Below, in pieces: positions 29,661 to 43,926 of a stretch of DNA of 64,000 bases. Source of the DNA: Eledone cirrhosa (lineage: Eukaryota). Under the pieces are notes generated by a model that was not told the origin of the DNA, made no database searches, and saw only the letters and a list, made by a program, of their open reading frames with translations. Made by a program: the position numbers and the translations under genes. Position 1 is the stretch's first letter. The number at the start of each line of letters is the position of its first letter. The stretch lies in the NCBI GenBank assembly GCA_964016885.1, contig OZ024748.1, forward strand, positions 6,076,001-6,140,000, read 5' to 3'.

Positions 29661-29825
29661 TATATAGAAAAGGCTTCTACAGGACTAGAACTGTTTCATT
29701 CGGGAGAAATCATCATTTCTCCCGAATTAACCATTTCTAGTCCTCTGCTTTGTACTGAGTACCTAACTTACTGTGATTAACCCCGATTGATCCCGGGATA
29801 AACTTATATATATATATATATATAT

Positions 29826-30020
29826 GAACGAGTAGGACCCCGACGGCTGAGCTCAAGCCGTTTCGACGGCTAATTCTGGACTAAATGAGAATTAGCCGTC
29901 GAAACGGCTTGAGCTCAGCCGTCGGGGTCCTACTCGTTCCTATTACCCACTCTACTACCCTAAGTATTGAGTACTTTGGTGCGTTATGGTCCACCTGATT
30001 CCTTACCACATTTCCTTCGT
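29826..30020. mobile_element. Family E inverted-pair mini-element carrying the 3' half of a hammerhead; further copies at 15988-16050, 46355-46485, 48266-48350 and 58507-58552
   Basis: 29826-29877 is the exact reverse complement of 29888-29939. The plus strand reads GCCGTC-GAAA-CGGCTtgagctcAGCCG-TC-GGGGTC. Confidence 0.75.
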
Positions 30021-30675
30021 TATATATATATATATATGGTTTCAGCCAGTTTTTTACGACCATGCTGTAGCACCCCCATAGTATATACTTCTTGATTTTG
30101 TTACATTTCTTTTTATTTAATTATTATACATGTTTACAGTGTTTTTTTTGTTGTTGTTGTAGACGTTGTCGGTGTTGTTGTTGCTGTTGTCGTCGCTGTT
30201 GTTGTTGTTGCTCCCAACTGTATTTACTTATTTATTTGTTTGTTGACAATTATTGTCTTAAACTTCTGGTGTGTGTAACGTGTCACTTCAGCTCTGTTTG
30301 TGTCATAAATCTTCCATTAGATATGTTCCCCCCGTTTTGTTTGTTGCTTCTATATATTTATATATTTGAGTGTCTCTGTGTGTATCTGCCTATATCTGTG
30401 TTTGTGTTGTACCCGTGTGTGCATCAGTGGATGTGTATATCTATGAGTTCTTTGTGTGTATGTGTTTGTGTGTCTCTGTGTCTCTGTGTCTATGTTTGTA
30501 CACTTGTGGGCCTGTGTATGTACGTACGTATACATCAGTATATGTGTATATCTAAGAGTTTATCTGACTGTGTGTGTGTGTTTATGTGTATATGTGTGTA
30601 TCTGGTGTATATGTGTATCTTGTGCACGTTTATGATCGTGTGTGTACGCATGTGTACACCAGTGTGTGTGAGTCA

Positions 30676-31245
30676 TTTCATCCACTAACCACACTTACCA
30701 TTTCTATTTCATCCACTAACCACACTTACCATTACTATTTCATCCGCTAACCACACTTACCATTTCTATTTCATCCACTAACCACACTTACCATTTCTAT
30801 TTCATCCACTAACCACACTTACCATTACTATTTCATCCGCTAATCACACTTACCATTTCTATTTCATCCACTAACCACACTTACCATTTCTATTTCATCC
30901 ACTAACCACACTTACCATTACTATTTCATCCACTAACCACACTTACCATTACTATTTCATCCGCTAACCACACTTACCATTTCTATTTCATCCACTAACC
31001 ACACTAACCATTTCTATTTCATCCACTAACCACACTTACCATTACTATTTCATCCGCTAACCACACTTACCATTTCTATTTCATCCGCTAACCACACTTA
31101 CCATTTCTATTTCATCCGCTAACCACACTTACCATTACTATTTCATCCGCTAACCACACTTACCATTACTATTTCATCCGCTAACCACACTTACCATTAC
31201 TATTTCATCCGCTAACCACACCTACCATTTCTATTTCATCCGCTA
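30676..31245. repeat. 31-bp minisatellite (TTTCATCCRCTAACCACACTTACCATTWCTA)n, about 18 copies
   Basis: Direct reading; period 31. Confidence 0.95.
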
Positions 31246-32126
31246 CTCAATTCTAGGACAATACCATCAGGAGATTTGGAAATTTCTGTAGTTTCAAAAC
31301 AAAATAACTCCATTTGTATAACATATCTCTAAGTCGGTTGCATGTGTTAGCAGTATTTCACTCTACAACAGTGACATTACTAAATGTCTGCTGTTAAATA
31401 GACTAAAAAAGGTTTCAGATTATCACGATTCTAGAAAGTTATTCTCCTCAAGGAAAATCAACACACCCAATTGATTTTTTTACTTATTAGTCTATTTATA
31501 AGTTTCGTTAACCATAGTTTTAAAATAGATGGCGAAAAGATCCTGCCGCCAAAACCAATTAAATATGTAAAGTCGTTAGAACGTCGAATACATGGCTATA
31601 CGCTATACATATCAATTCTCATTGTTCAGAGTTCAAATCATACAGAGAACAGCTATGCAATTTATTCTTTTGAAGCAGTGGATTTTTGTAGAACGTTACC
31701 TAATATATTTCTGTGAACAAATAATGTGTTACGATGCTCGAACTATATTTAAAGACCTTAATATTGCTATTTTCTGGAATGTACCTGTCATTCTTTATAG
31801 GTAAATTGTCAGACAAAATTATCTCCTTCATATTTAAATTAGAATCTCCTAAAATATTTCAATATTAAAAAAAATCTGTTGTTATGTTATGTCGCAAATA
31901 CTATCTTAATAATAAAGTAATTAATAATCTTGGTTAATCTCTCTTTAAAATACAACGTAGTTTGTTTATAATAGAGTCAGGAGGGTAGCCTAAACAACCA
32001 CCCGGAGTATTTTATTTAAATTAATTAATGTCCGTGGAATAATACTTAATTTCTTTATTAAATTATTAATTAAATATGTAACTGGTAATATTGGTTTCGT
32101 GATCGGAGTAACTCCCTTGATTATAC

Positions 32127-32176
<50 letters not shown>

Positions 32177-32310
32177 GTAGCGTTGTGCATGTAGATGCAA
32201 TTATATAAACAAATAAACAATCTATATATAAGTACTCACTCACACACACACGCACGCACACGCACACGCACACACACACACACACAATCACACACACATA
32301 TATATATATA

Positions 32311-32474
32311 TATAAATAATAACAACAGTGAGATAAACAGGTACTCAAGTTTCGTTGGGTTCTGGGCCCCAATTTCTTCAGCCTGTCATGAGAAAAAGGA
32401 CAGGCTGAAGAAATTGGGGCCCAGAACCCAACGAAACTTGAGTACCTATTTATGTCACTGTTGTAATTATTTAT
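32311..32474. ncRNA. Back-to-back pair of canonical minimal hammerheads (32336-32387 minus; 32399-32450 plus)
   Basis: GACAGG-CTGAAGA-aaTTGGGgcccagaaCCCAAc-GAAA-CTtgAG-TA-CCTGTT (the plus copy has CCTATT). The two arms form an inverted repeat. Confidence 0.82.
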
Positions 32475-32628
32475 CTAAAACTCCTACTACGGACTGAATG
32501 CTCTTACTCTTGAATATTTCCACTTAACTGTTACTTCTGTATATATATATAAATATATATATTGTAGATTTATATATATTTTCCTTATCGAGCCCTCTTT
32601 GGATTTTAGTCTTCAATTTTATTATTAT

Positions 32629-32666
<38 letters not shown>

Positions 32667-33880
32667 TGAAGTAAAAGTTAAGTCTAAAATCTACAAATTA
32701 AAGATAATATCCCCCAAAAATGTTTTACTATCCTAGAGAAAAACTTCCCGCCAAACCATAAATACCATCAAAGTTTAAATAGATCAACTGTCAAATTTTC
32801 CTACTCCACTACCAAAAATATACAAGAAAATATAAGTGCGTACAACGCATATAAATGTAAAAAACCCACAAATATACCACCAACACATCAAACCAACCAT
32901 AATACTAAAATAAACCGCAACAAACCACCATCTCCTTCGCCAATAACAAGTCGAATAAATTCCACACCAAATTTGACTAACTCCCCTGATATAATATTCA
33001 CGAAGGGTTGTAACTGTGGAATCAAAAGAAATTGCCCATTAAAGGCAAATTGTTTTATTAATAACATAGTCTATAAATGTAAAATTAGCACTAAGGACTC
33101 CATTTATTCATATATAGGAGCTACCTCTAACCAATTTAAAGTAAGATTTAATACCCACAAACATAGTTTTAAAAATGCCGCATTAGCTAATACAACATCC
33201 TTGGCTGAAACAATTAATACTTATAGAAAGAAGAATATCGATTACAACCTGACCAGAAGTGTGCTCAAAATAACAGATACGAGTGTAGGTTATGCTCCCA
33301 GGAACTTTTTGAAATCATGAAATCTAAGGATATCCTATTAAATAAGCGACAAGAATTAATTATATCTTACAATCATAGAATTAGAAGAACCTTCAAATAT
33401 TATATACCTAATTAATATACACCTTATACTTATATTTTACATATTATTATAATTATTTTTTTTAATTTAGTTAACCTATAATTAGTAATTTACTACAGAG
33501 ATCTTCATAATTTTATTTCCCTCCTACAACTCTTTTCCTAAAATTAATACCTAAAAGTATACCTATAAATTAATTTAATTTCTGGTTATGAATCTAGATT
33601 CCTTGTAGTTTATATAAGATTTGTATTTCTCACTACTACCCTTATCCCAAAATTTTAATTTCCTTCGTTTTTTAACAACACTCTTTAATAACATCTAATT
33701 CTTATTTATCACATTCATATGAATTAATATAAATTTATCCTTATAAGTATAGCTATCAATTACTTTAATTTCTTGTTATAGATCTAGATTCCTTGTGGTT
33801 TAAATAAGATTAGTATTTCTCACTAATACCTCTACCCTAAAATGTTATTTTCCTTCGTTTTTAACATTATTCTTTAATAA

Positions 33881-34001
33881 CTGTTTCTACTTTTGGCACA
33901 AAGCCAGCAATTAACCAGTGCATTACTGGTACTTTATTTTATCGACCCCGTAAGGATGAAAGGCAAAGTAAACCTCGGCGGGATTTGAACTCAGAATGGC
34001 A
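33881..34001 (-). mobile_element. SINE family A fragment nested in the Penelope 3' UTR
   Basis: tgtttctacttttggcac...ggcgggatttgaactcag. Confidence 0.85.
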
Positions 34002-34253
34002 ATTTAATAACATCAAATTTTCGTGTACCCTTCACTGGCTTGACCCCTTTTCATCCGCAAAGTATTCTTTTCATTCAAAGCATTCTTTTCATTCAAAACA
34101 TAAGTCTGCACTCCTCTACTCCTAAATTAAATTTCTACTACCACTATTCTATCAACTTGACCTCTAACTACTTCTCTATTGGTCAATTCAAAACCTGTTC
34201 CCAAACAGACCTTTTATATTAAATCTTTGTTGGGTTTCTTCAATAAATAAATC

Positions 34254-34389
34254 TCATCATTTCTGAAGACAGCATATATATGTGAAGGTATGTATATGTC
34301 CTCTAATAATTTGTAATATTTTTACATAGAACTATATGATATACATACCAACACACATATACATCCTAGAAACGATCGTAAAATGATGA
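34254..34389 (+). ncRNA. Hammerhead motif with a ~100-nt extended stem II in the Penelope 3' UTR
   Basis: TCATCATTT-CTGAAGA-(long hairpin including GGTATGTATAT/ATATACATACC)-GAAA-CGatCG-TA-AAATGATGA. Stem I is a perfect 9 bp and stem III is the palindrome ACGATCGT. Confidence 0.78.
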
Positions 34390-34441
34390 ATTTTTTAATA
34401 TAAGGAACTTGTTCTTTGTTTTTATTTCATTGTTTTTATTA

Positions 34442-34509
<68 letters not shown>

Positions 34510-34527
34510 AAATGCTCTGAAATAGCG

Positions 34528-34690
34528 ATATATATGTGAAGATAGACATAGAATATTCGAAAATATTCTGTATGTTTATAATAACGTATTAGTGACGTAT
34601 TCTATTCTATAGCGATTAGGTCTTCAAAATGTTTATTATAAACATACAGAATATTTTCGAATATTCTATGTCTATCTTCATATATATATA
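34528..34690. repeat. Inverted-repeat mini-element in (TA)n
   Basis: tgaagatagacatagaatattcgaaaatattctgtatgtttataataa and its exact reverse complement at about 34633-34680. Confidence 0.85.
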
Positions 34691-35001
34691 TATTTCTGGT
34701 TGATGGCTGAGTGAAAAGAGTACTCAATAGAGACAGTTGGTTTTAATATTGATTTTATTAATGCTAAGTAATGTGTCTGGCATTAAATGTTAGTTCTGGT
34801 CTTATGATCCTGTGATAAATAGGGGAAACTCCTGAGTAACAAGAGTATTGATCCTTAATAGGATGAATAATAAATATATACAGGGTGTCCTCCCCAAAAT
34901 GTCTACACATTTTGATTACCTGTATAGGCAATACTTATTAGATTGCTGTTGAAGTGTGTATGGATTTGTTGTGGACACACGCACACAACACACACACACA
35001 T

Positions 35002-35056
<55 letters not shown>

Positions 35057-35451
35057 ATGATCCCCAGCAGACAACTGATGAAGGAAAATGTTCTCCCGTT
35101 CTTGCTTTCCTCTTATTTATAGGTACACTTTATCCACCAACTACACAACCGTTTCTTATATATGTATAAGTGTGAGAGTGACTGTGAGTATATTCCATAT
35201 AAAACTTTTGGTAGTCTCGAATAAAACATGATTTGTAGCTTATGATGATTTGCCCAATCTAAACTTTTGCTTCTTCCAACTCTCTAAAGCCCCGAAGAAC
35301 ACAATGCTGAAACCGAAATCAAATTATCCTCTTTCCATATCTGTAAACCTCAGTCATCCAAGGTGAAAACAGACTAATTATTTTAAAGGGCTACTTATGC
35401 AAGGTCCATGTAAATTTTACAAGTGGTTGAGTCTGATTTCGTCTTCATTAT

Positions 35452-35570
35452 TCTGAGTTCAAATCCCGCCGAGGTTAACTTTGCCTTTCATCCTTACGGG
35501 GTCGATAAAATAAAGTACCAGTAATACACTGCTTAATTGCTGGCTTTGTGCCTAACGTAGAAACAATTAT
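35452..35570 (+). mobile_element. SINE family A, 5'-truncated
   Basis: Matches the family A core and 3' end. Confidence 0.85.
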
Positions 35571-35815
35571 TTCATATGGCAATACCAGATCCTTGTTTGT
35601 TTGTTTGGCTCTAAAAGACATTTCTAAATCCGATCCCTGTGGTACCAGTCATTGGATTATTGCTTATTAGTAACAAAGCATCTCATATGCATCTAATCAT
35701 AAAAGTTTAAGTGTCAGGAACTTTACAAACACGCACATACACACGCACATATACAAATATATATATTTATATTTATATACATACATCTATACAAACTACT
35801 ATATATACACATATG

Positions 35816-35925
<110 letters not shown>

Positions 35926-36768
35926 TACAATATCCTTCATTACTTTGCTCCAAATCTCTATGAAGCTGCAATCTGTGACAAATGAAATCTGTATTTGAAG
36001 ATAAAAATATATAGTTCAAGAAATCCTCTACATTATAGTTCTCTACATTATACCATCATAATATAATATATTCGTTTTATTACTACATCGTTGTACTATA
36101 GTATATCATAGTATCGTATGAAGCTAGCAGTATCCCTATAGTATATATATAAAATTGTATAGTCCTATAATACGTTAGGAGTATAAAGTATAGTAGTATG
36201 CTATATACATAGTATAGTATACGTATAGCATATTATAGTTTTAATGCATGCTTGTATGATAGCTATAGTACTATAGAATGCTTATAGAATAGAATAGTTC
36301 TGGAGTATTTTAGCTATAGAAAAGAACTATAGAATATATAGCATACTATATATACATACTAAAGTCTTACATGATGGTAGTAGTGTAACTATATTATAGT
36401 TGATTTATATACAACGTAGTATGGTTCCATAGTATAGTGATAGTATATTATATTATAGCATGCAAACACACTACTCCTTTCTCTCTTACTATTATACCTG
36501 TTCCACCCATTCGGTTGAGGCCATGCTGGGGCATCAGAATATATTTGTTACATATACAGTAAATAATATACTAAAACAACATTTAGTTTTAAACTTTTAC
36601 TCATTTACTGGTTCATATTTTTTCCTTTATTTTTAGTATGTACTTTTTTCTCTTACATTTGGACATCATTCTTTTAGAAGTTCATAGTCTCTTGGTGCTT
36701 TCTTGCTTTTTTTACTAATATTTGGCATATTCTATAAAGTATGTGGCATACATACATAGTTGACTATG

Positions 36769-36824
<56 letters not shown>

Positions 36825-37024
36825 TATATACATATATGTATAAAGATAAGTATATGTGTGCATGTATATATATATATACATATATATATAAAGATAAGTG
36901 TGTATGTATATGTATATATATACACACACATACATATCATACATGTATATAATATAATATATATATCTGTATATATATTTAAATATATACATATATATAA
37001 ATATATATATAAATGTATATAAAC

Positions 37025-37075
<51 letters not shown>

Positions 37076-37095
37076 AATATTTATCTATATATAAA

Positions 37096-37163
<68 letters not shown>

Positions 37164-37490
37164 TTTATGTAAGTTGAAATAAAATGAAAACGAAATTTCA
37201 TTTCTCACTCTTAGTATTTATATACTTATATTTATATACATTTATATAAATAATTATATACATTTATATAAATATTTATATACATTTATGTAAATATTTA
37301 TATACATTTATATATATATTTATATATATGTATATATTTAAATATATATACAGATATATATATTATATTATATACATATATGATATGTATGTGTGTGTAT
37401 ATATATACACATATACATACATACTCATCTTTATATATATATTTATATATATATATACATACACATACATACTTATGTATATATATATGA

Positions 37491-37595
<105 letters not shown>

Positions 37596-37756
37596 TGGGT
37601 GAATGTTGTACGCATATATCCGGTTATGCTGGTAGCATCGCCTTGTATGTAATTTCCAAACAATGGGTTCTGTACATTGTATACGTATTGTATGTATTAC
37701 TGTTCAAATGTTTAACACATCCATAATTCTTCTCAATGCTACTACACACACACACG

Positions 37757-37822
<66 letters not shown>

Positions 37823-37827
<5 letters not shown>

Positions 37828-38092
37828 CGACTTTCGTCAAATCGGACCGAGGAAACAATGTTTCCATCGGTCTTTCCAGTTGCTAGTACTATCTATCGGT
37901 GGCAACTCCAGGTAGAAGGAGCAACGTGAAATAAAGTGTCTTGGACCTGGCGATGCGTTATGTCCTTGAGCAAGACACTTTATTTCACGTTGCTCCTTCT
38001 ACCTGGAGTTGCGACCGATAGATAGTACTAGCAACTGGAAAGACGAAAGGAAACATTATTTCCTCGGTCCGATTTGACGAAAGTCGATCGTT
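37823..38092. mobile_element. Inverted pair of SINE family B 3' halves inserted in (TA)n
   Basis: 37824-37943 is the reverse complement of 37971-38090, and both match 10068-10180. Confidence 0.85.
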
Positions 38093-38139
38093 TAAAAAAA
38101 AAAATATATATATATATATTTATATACAAATATATATTA

Positions 38140-38211
<72 letters not shown>

Positions 38212-38271
38212 CCTTTATATATCATATATATATGAACATTTATATATCATATATATATATATAAATATATG

Positions 38272-38303
<32 letters not shown>

Positions 38304-38525
38304 TATATGTATGTATATATGTATGTATATATATATGATTGTAATCTTTATCTTCTCAATACAGTTTTTCAGTTTTGTTGGGGTAGGTGTTGGGTGGGCA
38401 GTGGAATTCATAATTATTATTGTCAATAATTTTAATATTGTTGTTGATGTTAATGCGGTTGCTTTTCATGTATATATCTAGTATTTAAAGTTACTAATCT
38501 CATTGCTTTACTTTTTATAATATCC

Positions 38526-38641
<116 letters not shown>

Positions 38642-38646
38642 GTATG

Positions 38647-38783
<137 letters not shown>

Positions 38784-38796
38784 TTATTTACATATA

Positions 38797-38860
<64 letters not shown>

Positions 38861-38989
38861 TGTATGTATATGAAATATGATGTGATTCTCGTTGAAGGAG
38901 TAGGAGGAGAGGAGAAGGTGGAGCTGGAACATAACGTAAGACTTTTTTTTAATTATATTATTTTCATTTTATTTTTTTATTTTGTCTTT

Positions 38990-39418
<429 letters not shown>

Positions 39419-39521
39419 TCAATAGACATCAATGTGCCTAGATCTCGCTACATCTATAATATTATATATTTAGTAGAGCATTCGATATCCAATGCACAAT
39501 CGATCCCATATCATCAGAGAT

Positions 39522-39573
<52 letters not shown>

Positions 39574-39627
39574 TATATATATATTATATATATATTCATA
39601 TATATATATTATATATATATTCATATA

Positions 39628-39675
<48 letters not shown>

Positions 39676-39686
39676 ATGTATATATG

Positions 39687-39777
<91 letters not shown>

Positions 39778-39780
39778 ATG

Positions 39781-39821
<41 letters not shown>

Positions 39822-39959
39822 ATGTAGATTTATAGGAGCATATATATATATATTTAAAATATATATATATGTATATATGTGTGAATGTGTGTATATACAA
39901 TAGTATAACACTCAGGGTTATATCCGTAGTAGTAGAGCACTCAGTCCAAGGGAGGAGTT

Positions 39960-40112
39960 TGGTAGAAGTGGTTACACAACAGTTAATTCATCATACCGAG
40001 AACAATTGTTTCTCCTTATTCGGAACCTCAGCTGAAGATCCGAAGGAGATGAAACTGAATAAGATGAAACAATTGTTCTGGGTATAGTGAATTAATTGTT
40101 GTGGAACTACTT
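39960..40112. ncRNA. Inverted-pair mini-element with hammerhead motif (plus strand, 40027-40082)
   Basis: CTCAG-CTGAAGA-...-GAAA-CAATTG-TT-CTGGG, with palindromic stem III ACAATTGT. Stem II is poorly formed. Confidence 0.55.
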
Positions 40113-40119
40113 ATAAATA

Positions 40120-40163
<44 letters not shown>

Positions 40164-40301
40164 ATCAAAAGATGATTAAAAGAGTTCCATATATTTTATT
40201 ATGCGCATTTCAAAAACATAAAAGGCATAATAAAATATCTGTAGAGTGCTACTTATCCGATATTTGCATTGCTTTATTGTGCTACAATAAAACTCACCTC
40301 C

Positions 40302-40332
<31 letters not shown>

Positions 40333-41626
40333 TACAGAAAAAAAGAGAATAACTTTTGCGACTATATATATATATATATATATATACATATATATGTGTA
40401 TATATATATATACACACACATATATGTGTGTGTGTATGAGGTAGGTAGATAGATATACAGATTTACATACAGATAGCTTGTTTGTTTGCACAAACAAAAT
40501 CTTATGTAAATACATGAAGTAAATATATATAAATAAATATATATATTAAGAATTGAAGCTAAGCAGACGAAGTTATATCTAAATATATACTGAATGAGTG
40601 TACAATGTGTATATATTTTTCTATGCACAGTTTTAGTATGTAGACATCTGAACATGCCAGACACACGAATTTACCCGCACACTTAGGAATATCATGGAAA
40701 TGTGGCGTAATTCGTACTTCTGGCATGTTTACATGACTACATATGAAAATGGATATATTTATATACACATTGGTCAAACATACTGTATGCTTGTCAAACA
40801 TACTGTATATATACAATTATCTGTATATATATATATATATATAATATATATATATTTAATACATTAACAGAGAAAGATTTAAGCGATACTCTAACCAACT
40901 CCATCTCACTCAACAAACATTAGGATATACCTAAGTATAATCCCAATTAAGTGTTTGGGGTGCTAACTATATAGTATTCCGTGGAAAGTTGGTTGTATTA
41001 TTTTATATGAGACATAATTAAATAAATCTCTCTTTCTTTCATATATATATATATATATGTGTGTATGTATATATACTGTAGAGGATTTTTCCATTTTAAA
41101 CTAGTAAGATTATTGCATTGTTTTATATATATATATAGATAGATAGAGAGATATATATATATAGAGAGAGAGAGGGGGGAGAAAGGTTTTCCTCACTATT
41201 ACAACAACAACTGGGACAGTAAACGGAACTATTCGAAGGAGGAGAGTTGTATGAAAGTCAGTCCAAACTCATTGGAAGTTGACTTCGGAATCTGTTTTAT
41301 AATTGGTCAAATTAAACTGTCTAACATGGCAAGGGTTTATTTATTGTTAGTATTGAAGTGGTGTTAAGGGACCAAGCATAGAATTGTTTCGACATATTGA
41401 CGGTAGTGGTGGCGGTGGTGTCGGAGGGGGCGGCGTCTCGTTGGTGCCTCTTTCAATCAAATTTTGCAAATGAAGTGTCTGGGAAATCATTCACACGCTA
41501 CGAATGTTTTTCAATAATACCCAGACTCCGGCTCTGCAAGGTTTCTCGTGTCAAAAGCCAACACGTTATATGGTATAATCGTATGGATGTAAACTATGTC
41601 TCTATATATGTAGGTATGTATGTATC

Positions 41627-41701
<75 letters not shown>

Positions 41702-41711
41702 GTATATATGC

Positions 41712-41797
<86 letters not shown>

Positions 41798-42016
41798 GTA
41801 TATATGCATATGTATATATATATATATTTGTGTATGTATGTTTGTTTGTAAGTTTCTATGTGTATATGTATGTATAGATGTATTCAAGCATATATACATA
41901 TGTATATACAACGGAATTGTTTGTAGAGGGAAGGGTGTCGTTGAGTGGCGTGTGGGTTTATATATACTGATGTTTTTTAATCATCGCCTCTGTGTATACA
42001 CACACACATATATATG

Positions 42017-42101
<85 letters not shown>

Positions 42102-42102
42102 A

Positions 42103-42264
<162 letters not shown>

Positions 42265-43236
42265 TTAAAAGAATAAAGAATAACATGGTCGTCAGACACA
42301 CACATATATACATGTCTTTTTTTTCTTCTTCTTTCTCTTTGATTATTTCCTTCTTTCTTCCTTTCTTTCTTTCCTTTTGTTCACCAATGCCACCTCAACA
42401 CAACTCTGTTTTCATTTCTATATATTAATTTGTAGTTTTTTTTTTTGCTTTTTCTTATCTTCATCTGTCCCAGCATCTCTCTCTCTTTCTCTCTCTGTCT
42501 CTCTCTCTCTCTCTGTCTCTGTCTGTCTCTCACTCTCTCTCTCACTCTCTCTCTCTCTCTATTTCTTTGTCTTACCCTTCCCTTCTTCTCTCCCTCACTC
42601 TCTCTCTCCTCTCCTCTATATCCTCTCCCCACTGTTCCCCTCTCTCTCTACTCTCCTCTATATCATCTCCTCACTGTTCCTCCCTCTCTATCCTTCCCTC
42701 TCCCTCTACTCTCCTCTACACCCTCTCCCCATTGTCCCCCTCTCTCTCCACCTCATCATACCTCATACCTACTGGCGAGATTGTTTTCTACGCTCAGTAA
42801 ATATCTCTGATTTACGAGGAACGTAAGAGACTCTAGTAGCACCTCCACCAAATACAACACTACATCCACCATTACTAACCCCGCCACAATACCTAACCCC
42901 ACATCAACCATCTTCTACCACCATTACCTCCACCAGCTACCCTCCATTTTCCTGCTCCTACCATCATCACCAAGATCACCTCCACTTCCGTCCTCTCCAA
43001 CCCTTCTACCACAATTGCTAACGTCAGCATTATCCCCCCACCACCACCACCACGTCCGCCCCCGACCCTATCTGGAACCCCCCTCCATCTTCAACATTAG
43101 TAAAACATATTTTTCCATCATCATCATCATCAACATCATCATTATCTCAAGTAACACCACCATCAGCCGTCGGGTCTAGACATTTTTTCCAATTCCATCC
43201 CGCACACCCCCTCAATCTATTTTATTTCTTATTATT

Positions 43237-43272
43237 TATTCTGATGAAAGACTAGCGTCCGAAACGTTAAGA
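43237..43272 (+). ncRNA. Minimal hammerhead motif; decayed relatives at 8660-8695 (-), 16840-16875 (-) and 29362-29395 (+)
   Basis: TATT-CTGATGA-aaGACtagcGTCc-GAAA-CG-TT-AAGA, with palindromic AACGTT. Confidence 0.6.
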
Positions 43273-43373
43273 CCCTCTTCCTGCTATATCAAGCGTTAAC
43301 CTAATATATACCTTCTATATACTGTACCGATTGTGTTGTTATTTCTGTTTACCTTTTACATACACACATATAT

Positions 43374-43422
<49 letters not shown>

Positions 43423-43926
43423 CATATATATATATATACACACACACACATATATATATATATTATAATATATGAAGTTCTACTATGTTGATGTAAATCG
43501 TGAGGCCACCACTGTCAAAAAAGGAGTCCAATATTTTAGTAGAATATAGGTATTTGCATTTTATTATAGAAACTATCAGAAAAACCAGCCTTCGGGCGGT
43601 TTTCTGCTGGCCTGTGTAGTGTACATATTGATATTATACACAAGTATATATACATGTAGATATGATAGATCAAATAAAATCGTAATTGACAATATACACA
43701 GAAATTGAACGAAGACTGCGTTACACTGTCTTATGTAATCAGTAACGTAATCCATTAAGGAAAATATATGACTGTTTATTTAAGCGATCGCTAACCGGTA
43801 GTTGACATGTGAAAATTTTAAAGAAGTGAATCTTAAAATAAGCGACAAAATTATTTATAATTAATGAAGAATAACGAAATTTAGTAGATAAATTATGTAA
43901 TATTCATTCATTATTTATTCAACGTA

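Larger units (their letters stand above)
32665..34440 (+). mobile_element. Degraded Penelope-like (Neptune-type) retroelement 3' portion: linker, Cys motif, GIY-YIG endonuclease and 3' UTR
   Basis: NFPPNHKYHQSLNRSTVKFSYSTTKNIQENISAYN (about 32740-32845), then CNCGIKRNCPLKANCFINNIVYKC...YIGATSNQFKVRFNTHKHSF (32973-33320). It is flanked by (TA)n on both sides and has a hammerhead near its 3' end. Confidence 0.88.

Noticed and set aside
30676-31245. CRISPR-like 31-bp periodicity
   Set aside because: The units are directly adjacent with no unique spacers, the context is eukaryotic and there are no cas genes.
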